Notes under the pieces: generated by a model
Database searches by the model: none
What the model was told of the DNA's origin: nothing
The model's input: the letters and a program-made list of their open reading frames with translations, nothing else
Position numbers and translations under genes: made by a program
Virus record (IMG/VR): IMGVR_UViG_3300033062_002592
Coordinates: 32,001-96,000 of that record
From: a virus
Lineage: Duplodnaviria; Caudoviricetes
Length of the DNA: 64,000 bases
Direction: 5' to 3' (one strand)
Part shown: positions 28,301 to 37,900 of the stretch, piece by piece
Layout: every line of letters starts with the position of its first letter
How positions within the stretch are numbered: the first letter of the stretch is position 1

Positions 28301-30102
28301 GGCATTCCAGGTATTCCCGGAAATAAACGTTTTCTAAGCCATTCCCAAAAGTTCCATTGATGTTGAGATGCCATAACTGGATAGTTTATTATTGGAATAA
28401 CATTTCCTAATTCAACTTTATTTGTAAAAGTACATATCGATGTATAACCTTGACTATCAAATTTATGTTCTAAATCTATAAGCGCCAAATTTGCAGGAGT
28501 AAATCCTTCTGAACCTATATTTATTAAATACATATTTCCGACTTGTAAACCTGGACTTCCTGTTACAGTTATGGTTGTTTGAATTATTGGATCTTTTTGT
28601 CTTATAATTAACGTATCTGCAATATTTTGGCAATATAGATTACTATTATATGTATTTGAATTTTCTATCTGCGGCCTAAATCCATATAAATTTTGACTTG
28701 TAATATTACTTCCAATTGCTTGAAATTTTGTTCCAATATAAAGTCCATCAAGAAATATGTTTGCCTGTCCAACAGCACCGCCATTCCAAGACCCACTTGT
28801 AAGAAATGTAATTGAATTTATATTAAACCAATCTGGATACCCTATTCTTTTCCAACGGTAGGATCCTGTTGTGGAGTCTTGACTTCCTATCTGACTAAAC
28901 CCTTCATATTCTGGCCCAAGAAATAAAGTATATTCTAAATATCCTGCATATCCCCCACCAATTCCCCACCATTTATAATGGTCTTCTATTCTTGATTCAA
29001 AATAATTGTTTGAATCAGTTTCAAGCCTAACATAACATTTTACTGGAGTTTCTAATGCCCACAAAGTTCCGTAATATACATGCAAAAAGTCTCCATTTGT
29101 AACGAACAAAGTTTTTGGTAATGTTTTAGTTGCGGTAAATACCACATTATCTCCATTTTGAAATCCTGGATTTCCAATGTAAAAATCAATAGAATAAGAT
29201 CCAGAAATTTTATTAATGTCATCATAAATACGTGTTGAGCCAGTGTCAATTCCACGTATGACATCTGTAACTCTTGAAGTCCAACTGCTTCCTGTGGTTT
29301 CACTTCCAGTTTCAGTCCAAATATCGTGGTCTTGGGGCCAATCACTACCAGTCCAACTTGGATCCCTCTGCCCAAAAGCATAAACTTGGTTTATAACATG
29401 TGATAATTCTCTATCTACCCTGTAATCTTTAATATTTGCACCAGTTGTGAAGACTTCTGCTCCAGCTACACTATCTCTTGGAAGCCAATGTAATTTTTTA
29501 TTAACATCAACATAAAAATCATAGGCTACAAAATCACTAATAGTTTTCATAATATTAAAAACTTTTTCATTTTCTACACTCGAAGGATATTCTGTAGCTG
29601 AAGCCACAATATATGCATCATCTGTACTTAGATTTCCTTTTGTAGAGCCAGTACAAAGATTTCTTAAACTTTTTACAATATTATCAGCAGCATCATCCTC
29701 AGGAAATAAATCATCATGATAATATCCACGACTTTGTAAGATTCTATCCATGCATTCTTTATAATCTCTACCTATAAAAGTTCTTAACCAACCATTTCTT
29801 GCAGAAAATTCGCTTCTTATTGTTTCAATTTTTCCCGCAAATTGGTTCGTGCTACCAGTGATATCATATCCATACCAAATTTTTACATCTTCAAAAACAT
29901 TAATATCTTTAAAAGCTCCGGGCACACCAAGTATAGCTGTTGTATCTGGTATTATAATTTCAAAAGATCCAATTGTGCTTGTTAAGCCCTGTTTTACACT
30001 TAATGAAGTCACATAATTTGTGGCGCCATAACCGAAAGCATATTTAAGAGTTGAGCCACTCCAAAATTCAACTCTGTAAACTGGAATTGCTGGAGCAGAC
30101 AT
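28285..30102 (-). CDS. Tail tip / baseplate hub-like protein
   Basis: Last gene of the tail module. FAGKIE..I.S...GRD, DFYVD.NKKLHW and S.NLYG hub-like motifs with an inserted beta domain. Confidence 0.65.
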   Translation of the reverse strand: MSAPAIPVYRVEFWSGSTLKYAFGYGATNYVTSLSVKQGLTSTIGSFEIIIPDTTAILGVPGAFKDINVFEDVKIWYGYDITGSTNQFAGKIETIRSEFSARNGWLRTFIGRDYKECMDRILQSRGYYHDDLFPEDDAADNIVKSLRNLCTGSTKGNLSTDDAYIVASATEYPSSVENEKVFNIMKTISDFVAYDFYVDVNKKLHWLPRDSVAGAEVFTTGANIKDYRVDRELSHVINQVYAFGQRDPSWTGSDWPQDHDIWTETGSETTGSSWTSRVTDVIRGIDTGSTRIYDDINKISGSYSIDFYIGNPGFQNGDNVVFTATKTLPKTLFVTNGDFLHVYYGTLWALETPVKCYVRLETDSNNYFESRIEDHYKWWGIGGGYAGYLEYTLFLGPEYEGFSQIGSQDSTTGSYRWKRIGYPDWFNINSITFLTSGSWNGGAVGQANIFLDGLYIGTKFQAIGSNITSQNLYGFRPQIENSNTYNSNLYCQNIADTLIIRQKDPIIQTTITVTGSPGLQVGNMYLINIGSEGFTPANLALIDLEHKFDSQGYTSICTFTNKVELGNVIPIINYPVMASQHQWNFWEWLRKRLFPGIPGMPQNIP

Positions 30103-30992
30103 TATATTACCTCAATTACATCTAAAGTGAAACTTCTTTCCTGAGGTCTTCCACCTCGGTCTTCAAAATCGATTTTTGAAAAGAATACATTTGTTATAGG
30201 TATTATATTATATCCTCTTTCATCAATATAATTTATTGAACCAGTTGTTCCAGGCAAAGCTCTAAGCCATGCTGAACCTGAATCATTATACGTATAACCC
30301 TTAATAGCGAAAACTCTGTTTTTTGTTCCCATACTTTGTATAACATCAAAGTTAGCCATTGGAATATCGTGTACTACCGTTCTTTGAATTTTTTGTTCCG
30401 TAATTTGATTGGCAATTCCAGATTTTAAGGGTGTACCAATAATTCTAAAGTTGAAGTTTTTATATGTTGGAATATATGCCAACCAACTGCCTCCTCCATC
30501 GGTTGAATAATATCCATCTTCTTGCCATGTTGCTCCACTATAAACACCCGGACTTACTCCCATCCAATATATACAATTAGATGTGTCTCCTGTACCTAAA
30601 ACTGGTCTTACAACAATATTATATGTAATGCCCGGTCTCAATATTATATTTGGAATCACTCTAATATCATACCAGCTCCCCGTGGTGTTTGAAGTTATAT
30701 CTGCCGAAGCAAACGCCCCGCTAGATATAACCAATCCTGAAGGAAAGCCAAGAGATGAATTATAGATACATGCCCATATTGAGGGTGGAACACCAACTTT
30801 AAAAAGCTTAAGTTGTATAGACCATATATTGATACTTTTTCCTAAACCAAAGTCTCCAAGAGCAAAGCTTTCAGAAAGCCAGTTTGTGCCAAAAATGCTT
30901 CCCGAAGCATTATAAGAATCCTCATAGTATTCAATTTTCTGAGGAAAATATGGAAAGAGTTCTCTTATGTTATTATAAATTTTGATTACCAT
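30102..30992 (-). CDS. Distal tail protein with inserted carbohydrate-binding-like domain
   Basis: Follows the tape measure; C-terminal HDIPMANFDVIQSMGTKNRVFAIKG is typical of Dit/tube-initiator proteins. Confidence 0.55.
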   Translation of the reverse strand: MVIKIYNNIRELFPYFPQKIEYYEDSYNASGSIFGTNWLSESFALGDFGLGKSINIWSIQLKLFKVGVPPSIWACIYNSSLGFPSGLVISSGAFASADITSNTTGSWYDIRVIPNIILRPGITYNIVVRPVLGTGDTSNCIYWMGVSPGVYSGATWQEDGYYSTDGGGSWLAYIPTYKNFNFRIIGTPLKSGIANQITEQKIQRTVVHDIPMANFDVIQSMGTKNRVFAIKGYTYNDSGSAWLRALPGTTGSINYIDERGYNIIPITNVFFSKIDFEDRGGRPQERSFTLDVIEVI

Positions 30993-32030
30993 TTATCTGC
31001 CGCCTCTTCTTCGAGCTTCCTGAGCCATTCTCCAAGCTACAGTATCCATCATGTTATCAATATCTACAGTTGATGAAACAGGTCCAGTATTCAAAGTAAT
31101 ATTTATATTATTTAAATTAGTTCCAGCAGGTGTTTGTATTATTGGTTCACTTTTTTGCGTATATACATTTACTCCCATTGGTGGAACAACTTCGTTTTTA
31201 TAGTTATACATATTTGCTATCATTGTTGATGTATTTGTAGTTGTATTTGAGGACGGAAAAACTTCATTTTTATAAATTGGGGGATTTCCCACTGTTAATG
31301 GACTGGGCATTTCTTTTTGCATAAACGTATTTGTGTTTGCCGTTGTAAAGTTATATATATTCATTCCTTCTGGTATAACAGTTTCACCTTTATGTACAAG
31401 CGCAAGGCCTGTTTTTGTAACAACTCCTCCTTTTTGTAGATATGCTATTGTTGATACTATTGGTGCATAAGTTGCCACAGCTCCTGCAACGCCTCCCGCA
31501 GCCGCAGCAGCAGTTTCAGCAGCAGTTGCAGCCCACGCAGCGGAAGCAACATGGGTATAAGAAGTCGCCAGTGCCTCATTTGATATAACCTTTTGAGCAT
31601 CTCCAATTAAACCAAGTTCTTGTGCTATCCTAAACAAATCTACAGCAGTTACAACAATCCTCATTGCAGCACCAACTCCATAAACTGTTGCTGTAACTAA
31701 TTTCAAAACTTCATTATGGTTGAAAAAATAATTATTAAGAACTGATAAGGCTCTGCCCATAAGCATGAAATCCCAGCTTGCGCTGCGAAGAGGAGCTATT
31801 CTTTCCTGTAAAGTTTCTGTATTTTCTCGATTAGCTCTCGAAAAATCCATCGTTGTTGTTGCAGTTATTTTTGTAGCGCCTTGTAAATCCGCCAATCCAC
31901 TTTTTGTTATTTCAATGCCAGAGGTGTCAGCATCCGATGTAACATTGATTCTTATCTCTATGGTATCTCCAGCTCCCCACCCACTTGTAAATGTTCCTCC
32001 TGCACCTCTAATATCCATTCTTGCCGCCAT
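30993..32030 (-). CDS. Short tail tape-measure protein
   Basis: Ala-rich helical/hydrophobic core and LQKGGVVTKTGLALVHKGETVIP motif; downstream of the tail chaperone. Confidence 0.75.
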   Translation of the reverse strand: MAARMDIRGAGGTFTSGWGAGDTIEIRINVTSDADTSGIEITKSGLADLQGATKITATTTMDFSRANRENTETLQERIAPLRSASWDFMLMGRALSVLNNYFFNHNEVLKLVTATVYGVGAAMRIVVTAVDLFRIAQELGLIGDAQKVISNEALATSYTHVASAAWAATAAETAAAAAGGVAGAVATYAPIVSTIAYLQKGGVVTKTGLALVHKGETVIPEGMNIYNFTTANTNTFMQKEMPSPLTVGNPPIYKNEVFPSSNTTTNTSTMIANMYNYKNEVVPPMGVNVYTQKSEPIIQTPAGTNLNNINITLNTGPVSSTVDIDNMMDTVAWRMAQEARRRGGR

Positions 32031-32031
32031 T

Positions 32032-32235
32032 TTATGTCATCCTCATTTTACTTTCCATTTGTTTCAATTTATCTCTTCTTTGAGTTTCCAACTCATTATC
32101 TATAATTATAAATTCTGAAATGGTTTTTGCATCTTCTTTTTCAAGCTGGCTCGGCAAACATTGAAATGCTTTGCACAAGTTGTACTTAACTATAATTGGA
32201 TTTAATGTTTTGTCGTAAGCCAGCTCAATTATAAA
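32032..32235 (-). CDS. -1 frameshift extension of the tail assembly chaperone (gpT-like)
   Basis: The -1 frame after slippery A-AAT-TTA reads FIIELAYDKTLNPIIVKYNLCKAFQCLPSQLEKEDAKTISEF...MRMT and ends just before the TMP ATG. Confidence 0.75.
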   Translation of the reverse strand, partial: FIIELAYDKTLNPIIVKYNLCKAFQCLPSQLEKEDAKTISEFIIIDNELETQRRDKLKQMESKMRMT

Positions 32236-32573
32236 TTTTGTGTTTCAATGTTTCTAACAAGATTTAATTCTGAAGATATTTGAAAGAGGCGTTCTCCAAG
32301 CTGTCCATCCATATTATGAATTTCCTCAATTGTAAATGGAATGAACTTTCCATCTTTTTCATAGAAAACAGTCTTCAAAAGCAATTGTTCATTAAAGTGC
32401 GTACTGTCATAGCTTACAGCTCCAGAAAAAGGATCCACATGGTTGCATTCTGCTGATACAGCATTTTTTTCTCCCCATGTCCATTTGCGAAAGCCAAAAC
32501 GTTGACCGCTGCCAGATGGAATCTCCGTAACGCCTAGTTCACCCTCTTTTTTCAATATATATGTTTCTTTCAT
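32229..32573 (-). CDS. Tail assembly chaperone (gpG-like)
   Basis: Between tube and tape measure; ends on a slippery heptamer; GGAGGT RBS. Confidence 0.75.
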   Translation of the reverse strand: MKETYILKKEGELGVTEIPSGSGQRFGFRKWTWGEKNAVSAECNHVDPFSGAVSYDSTHFNEQLLLKTVFYEKDGKFIPFTIEEIHNMDGQLGERLFQISSELNLVRNIETQNL

Positions 32574-32629
32574 TTAATCGACCTCCTCGGCCTATTTTAT
32601 ATTTTTACGAATTTAAAAAATTGGAAAAT

Positions 32630-33055
32630 TTAAGTGGTAGATGATACAACACTGCCAGTGCCTATGAAATCCCATGTTTCACTAAAGATAGTTGAGCCCG
32701 GTCTATATGATGGTGTAGCTTTGCTCAATTTTAGGCCGCTTATAGTTATATAAGGCAAACCAGCAGCAGAGCCGCTACGGTTGGGCCAAATCTGAATATC
32801 CATATAATCTAATGGATTTTCACCCTTTGCCATCCATGCCCACGGACCAGAGCCAGAATAGAATCTTTCTATAGTAACCGTTGTTTTGTAGCATCCTTCA
32901 AGAATTGCTGCAAGATATCTTGAGCCGCATTCTTCATGCTCTTTTATTCCTTGATCCAAATCGTAGGATACTCGTTGAATTCCGCTGAGTCTTATGTAAG
33001 CACCACTACCAGTTTTAATGAATGTATCTATCTGCCATCCTGCATATACTGGAAT
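32630..33055 (-). CDS. Tail tube (major tail) protein, probable ATT start
   Basis: Frame is open 32 codons upstream of the track's TTG, to ATT 9 nt after AGGAGG. IQRVSYD.DQG.KE..E.GSR...I.EG is a tube-like motif. Confidence 0.7.
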   Translation of the reverse strand: MPVYAGWQIDTFIKTGSGAYIRLSGIQRVSYDLDQGIKEHEECGSRYLAAILEGCYKTTVTIERFYSGSGPWAWMAKGENPLDYMDIQIWPNRSGSAAGLPYITISGLKLSKATPSYRPGSTIFSETWDFIGTGSVVSSTT

Positions 33056-33077
33056 ATTCTCAATCCTCCTTTATTTT

Positions 33078-33566
33078 TTATACTGTAACTCCTTTATTAT
33101 GTTTAACTATATAAGCGTGGCCACTTAGAATTAAGAGTGGCGGTCTTATACTTAAATTATCCATTCTTCGCCATCCTGTAAGATATAAAAATTTTTCAAT
33201 TTTATCATCGTCTTGTTTCAAAATGCTTCCGCTTCTAAGAATTCTTTCAGTTTCTCTGCGAAGTTGATATATTGCATTTTTAGCCCAACCCAAACTTGAA
33301 TTTGAATCCTGAGTTGGTCTAATATAGATTTCAAAACCCACAGATTCTAAATCTCTATAAGTCGGATCTAATCCGCAATCCAAAGGTGGTGATGAAACTT
33401 CACCGGCAGGAATTATAACAATCTGTGGGAATGTAATGTTTTCATTGTAAAGTCTTGTGCTAAAGTGTATTCCTGAACTGTTTATTGTTGCTGCCGCAGC
33501 CAAATCTCCCATCAGAGACCAATTGTTTTTAAGCAGAAGCATAGTTTCAATTATTGCATCAGTCAT
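33078..33566 (-). CDS. Tail terminator/completion-like protein (paralogue 2)
   Basis: Position upstream of the tube gene; FPQI, RP.QDS..SLGWAKNA.Y..RRE. Confidence 0.6.
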   Translation of the reverse strand: MTDAIIETMLLLKNNWSLMGDLAAAATINSSGIHFSTRLYNENITFPQIVIIPAGEVSSPPLDCGLDPTYRDLESVGFEIYIRPTQDSNSSLGWAKNAIYQLRRETERILRSGSILKQDDDKIEKFLYLTGWRRMDNLSIRPPLLILSGHAYIVKHNKGVTV

Positions 33567-33568
33567 TT

Positions 33569-34021
33569 CTAATCTTCTCTAAACATATTATGTCTCACTT
33601 CTATCAAACTTCTTAATATAATTGGGCGCGTTTTTATTTCATCTAAATTTCTTCGTTTAGTTATAAATATGAAATCAGAATGATTATTATCAATAAGTTC
33701 ACTATTATTCCTCAAAATTTTATAAATCTCTCTTCTGATTTTATATTCTGCGTTCTTGGCCCACCCCAAACTTTGACCAGAGTCCTGTTGTGGACGAACC
33801 CAAATATTGATATTAACTCCATCATCAATTTTATACCAAGGATGTATTCCGGCTGTCAACACGCTTTGCGGACCAGAAGAATGAGTTATAGTTATTTGGG
33901 GGAATGCAATATTGTCATCGTACCAACCTGTTGTAAAATTAACATCGTTTATTGTCAAACCCGATTCTGTGAGACTCCAATAATTTCGCAGAAGAGACAA
34001 TATATTTAATTGTATATCCAT
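33569..34021 (-). CDS. Tail terminator/completion-like protein (paralogue 1)
   Basis: True start is probably ATG 34021 (TAATG coupling); clear paralogue of 33078-33566. Confidence 0.6.
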   Translation of the reverse strand: MDIQLNILSLLRNYWSLTESGLTINDVNFTTGWYDDNIAFPQITITHSSGPQSVLTAGIHPWYKIDDGVNINIWVRPQQDSGQSLGWAKNAEYKIRREIYKILRNNSELIDNNHSDFIFITKRRNLDEIKTRPIILRSLIEVRHNMFRED

Positions 34022-34446
34022 TAATATGCACTTCCTGAACGAGGCACCAAGCGTCTCACAATAGCATATTTTGAAACTATGACATCTCCATTTAATCTCC
34101 AAACATGCCTTGATAATATCAAATATCTAATTCCTGAACCTGATGGAATAATGCATTGATCCCACTGCGCTAAATTAACATCGGGATTTACATAAACTCT
34201 TTCAAAATCGTCTTCGTAGAAACCTGCAGGTATAACAATATCTGTGGCGCTGATATGTTGTACTAAAGCTTTGAAGCTTCCAGTTGTCCATATTGTTTGA
34301 GAATCTCCATATCCATATGTTATCGCAGAACTGGTATCATAAGCGCTGCTGGTATCCACAGAACGTTGAAGCCATTGGAGCCATTCTCCATTCTGAGCTA
34401 TTAAATATTGGAATTTTTGTTTTGCATTATTCCAATTTAGATGCAT
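34021..34446 (-). CDS. Head closure (stopper) protein
   Basis: 141 aa; YG...W...F.A.V and D.CI...RY.I beta-barrel pattern; follows the adaptor. Confidence 0.6.
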   Translation of the reverse strand: MHLNWNNAKQKFQYLIAQNGEWLQWLQRSVDTSSAYDTSSAITYGYGDSQTIWTTGSFKALVQHISATDIVIPAGFYEDDFERVYVNPDVNLAQWDQCIIPSGSGIRYLILSRHVWRLNGDVIVSKYAIVRRLVPRSGSAY

Positions 34447-34457
34447 ATTTCATCACA

Positions 34458-34922
34458 TTAGAAATAGCTTGGAGCCGTGTCACTCCAAGTTGTTGTTGGA
34501 CCTTCGGCACTTACTTGTATAGGTTGAATAGCTCTAAGGTGTAACTGTGCGGATTCTTTGAATTGTTCTATGAGATTTCTATAAGTTGATAAAAGCTGAG
34601 GCTGTTGCACTGTAACACCAGCAGTCCAATTGAAACCGTCAACTATTACATCTCCACTTAAAAGTGTTATGAGTCTCATACAACTATAATCAAGTTCACA
34701 GGTTCTAACATGGTTTGAAGTTATAGGGTCTGTAGATTGCATTATTGATAAACCCAAAATTCCATATAAATAATAATTAGCCAAGTTTATTTGTGCAAGG
34801 ACACTTCCGCTGGAAATTCCTTGCCCCCAGAAATAATATTGATTATCTGAACCGCTGTAAGCACCATTTAATGCCAATCTTATATCTTCACAGGTTATAA
34901 CTGGATTTGTATCCGTACTCAT
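34458..34922 (-). CDS. Head-tail adaptor
   Basis: 154-aa helical protein, T.EDIR..L...I..AN.Y pattern; neck-module position. Confidence 0.6.
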   Translation of the reverse strand: MSTDTNPVITCEDIRLALNGAYSGSDNQYYFWGQGISSGSVLAQINLANYYLYGILGLSIMQSTDPITSNHVRTCELDYSCMRLITLLSGDVIVDGFNWTAGVTVQQPQLLSTYRNLIEQFKESAQLHLRAIQPIQVSAEGPTTTWSDTAPSYF

Positions 34923-34930
34923 TTCATCAC

Positions 34931-37900
34931 CTATTCATCTATATATGATTCTTCTCCTTCTTCATTAAAATCTGGTTGACCATCTTCCTTTGATAACCAT
35001 GGAGAATCGGGAGAGGTTGGTTTCAAAAAGCCCGAAGAGTCCCCCTCTTTCTGAGTCCATTTTGTATCACTTATACCTGGCTGAAGCCACACGTTCTCCG
35101 CAGAGCTTCTTCCAAGCCATGTTCTTCTTATAATAACTTGACCTTTTGCATTAACACTATATACATAGTCGCCGAAGCTTAAAAGCTGCATATATGGATA
35201 TACTTTTATAAGATAATCCTTTATTGATGTAAATGCGGGCGTTGTTTTTATATTTTTTTCAGAAAAGTCTATAAATCTTGATAAAACTGAGAAAACTTGG
35301 TCTGTATATCTTGTAAATCTTGGAACAACATCAAAATATTCATCAGTATTGTTTAAAAGTCTTGGCAAAACTTCAATTATAGAATCTCTATAATAAGCAG
35401 CTCCAACAAACATTCTTAAAAGTTGGTCATATCTTGCAGCATACCTTGGGCTTGTTTTTATAATTTCATCTTGATATCTTTCAAGTCTTGGAAGAACTTT
35501 TAAAACTTCCTCTTGTTGCGTCCAAAGCCTTGGAATTGTTTTAAAAACTGCATCTATAAATAATAGAAATGTGGGTTTAACTCTGATAAATTCATCCATT
35601 GCAGATTTAAATCTTGGTAAAGCCTTGAATATTTCATCATATTGAGTTATAATAACTGCGCCGGGAACACTTGCAAGTATTGTAAAAAGCTTATCGCCAT
35701 ATGACATCAATTTAGGAGTGAGCTTTATATTTTTATCATTGAATGATGTCATTCTGGGCAAAAGTCTTAGAAGTTCATCAATTTGAGTTAAAAATCTTGG
35801 ATTAATTCTAATTATTTCATCTTTATAAGATTGGAGTCTTATTAAAATTTTGTATATTTTATCTGAATGTGATAACATTCTCGGCATAAATTTAAGAAAT
35901 TCTTCTTTGTAATTTACAAATTTTGGAGTAGTTTTAAAGGTATTTTCTTTGAATGACATAAATTGTGCTTTAACATTAAACAAGTTATCTACATCTAACT
36001 TTAATTTTGGTAAAACTTTGATTATTTTATCAAAATTGGACATATTAAAACCAACAATCAATTTAATAAGAGTATCTTGATATAACATGAATTTTGGAGT
36101 AATTTTCAAATGTCTATCAAGGTAAATTCTTTGCATTATAAGAACTTTAAATACTTTATCAATATGTTCCATAAGTCTTGGATTGATTTTAATTATTTCA
36201 TCTCTGTGGGCTTGAAAACGAGATAAAATCTTATAGAGAGAATCATTATATGCTATAAATTTGGGCGTTATTTTAAATACAGAATCAAGTCTGGACAAAA
36301 ATAAAGGCATAATTTTAATAAGTTCATCTTTATGGAATTTCAATTGAGGCAAAACTTTAATTATACTATCAAAATTACTTACATTATAACCTACTATCAA
36401 TTTGTAAAGTCTTTCTCCATATGAAACAAACTTTGGAGTTAATTTCAAATGTGTATCAGAATATTGCATCATTCTTGGTAAAAATTTAAAAAGTTCATCT
36501 GTTTGTTGCATGAATTTTGGATTAACTTTGATTATTTTTTCTCTAAAACTTTGAAAACGCAATAAAATTTTATAGAGGGAATCTGCATAAACCAAGAATC
36601 TTGGTAAAGCCTGCAGATTTTTGTCATTAAATGCGGTAAACTTTGGATAAAATTTAATATATTTATCTGTCATATTTAAAAATCTGGGAGTAACCTTTAC
36701 ATTTTTGTCAAAATGCGCTAAAAGTCTGGGTAAAATCTTTATTATAGCATCTGCATGTGAAGTAAATTTGGGAATTATTTTAAAAATTTCATCAGAATAA
36801 GACTTAAATTGAGGTTTTACACGAATGATTTTATCAAGTTGCACTTGCAATCTTGGAAGCAAAATCAGGCATTTTTCTGCATATGATACGAATCTTGGAG
36901 TTAATCTAATGTTTGTATCAGAATATTGCATCATTCTTGCGAGAACTTTAAGCACCTGATCCACTTTTTGCATAAAAGCTGGATTAACCTTAATTATTTC
37001 TTCTTTAAACGATTGAAATCTCAACAAAACTTTGTAAAGTTCTTCAGCGTGTTGCATAAATCTTGGAAAAGTTTTCAGAAATTCTTCCTGAAAAGATAAG
37101 AATCGCGGATTTATTTTAATCTGTTTATCTCCATAAACCATAAATCTGGGCAAAATTTTGAGATTTTCATCCTTTTGAAATGATAGTCTCGGTAAAGTCT
37201 TCATAAACGTATCAGTATTTGTTGGAAACCTTGGCAACATTTTTAAAATATTGTCAAGTTGGCTTCTGTAAAGAACTAAAAGTCTATAATATTCATCTAA
37301 ACCATAATTTTGAAATCTTGGAGAAAATTTGAGTATTTCATCTTTATTGGAGCTTATCCTTGGCAAAGCTTTGACATAAACATTGTCAGCGAAACGTGGA
37401 AAAGTTGGAATAATTCTTATTAATGAACCATCAAAACTCAAAGTTATGGGTTCTGATAAATAAGTACGGTTTGCGGGCAAAGAACTAAGTCTTCCAGCAC
37501 CAGTAGGAATCCATAAATTATTAAATCCAATCTGCCAAACTCCATTTTCGCTAAAATTCCACGAACCACTGTTGGGACCATAAAGGAAGTTAATACTTCC
37601 CGTTTTAAGTAACGCAAGTTGAACAGTTCTATTAGGTATATTTATATTATACAAATCCGGATCCAAAATATGATATGGATATTCATAAGATAATTCTTCC
37701 ACTGTAACAGCTAATCTTGCAGTTATTGGAACAAGTCCCATAATAAATAACAAGGCGCAGCCCTGAGCTGTACTATCATTATCATAGGTGCTAGTGTCGC
37801 TGTAAGCTCTAAATAAATTCGTAGAAGAATTATATAACGTACTATCTTTTATTAAATGGCTCCAAGCTGGTGGGTCACCACTTGGGCCTGTACCAGCCAA

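Noticed and set aside
35150-37440. 45-nt periodicity as a CRISPR array or non-coding repeat
   Set aside because: Units are degenerate, in frame and conserved at amino-acid level; there is no repeat-spacer alternation.
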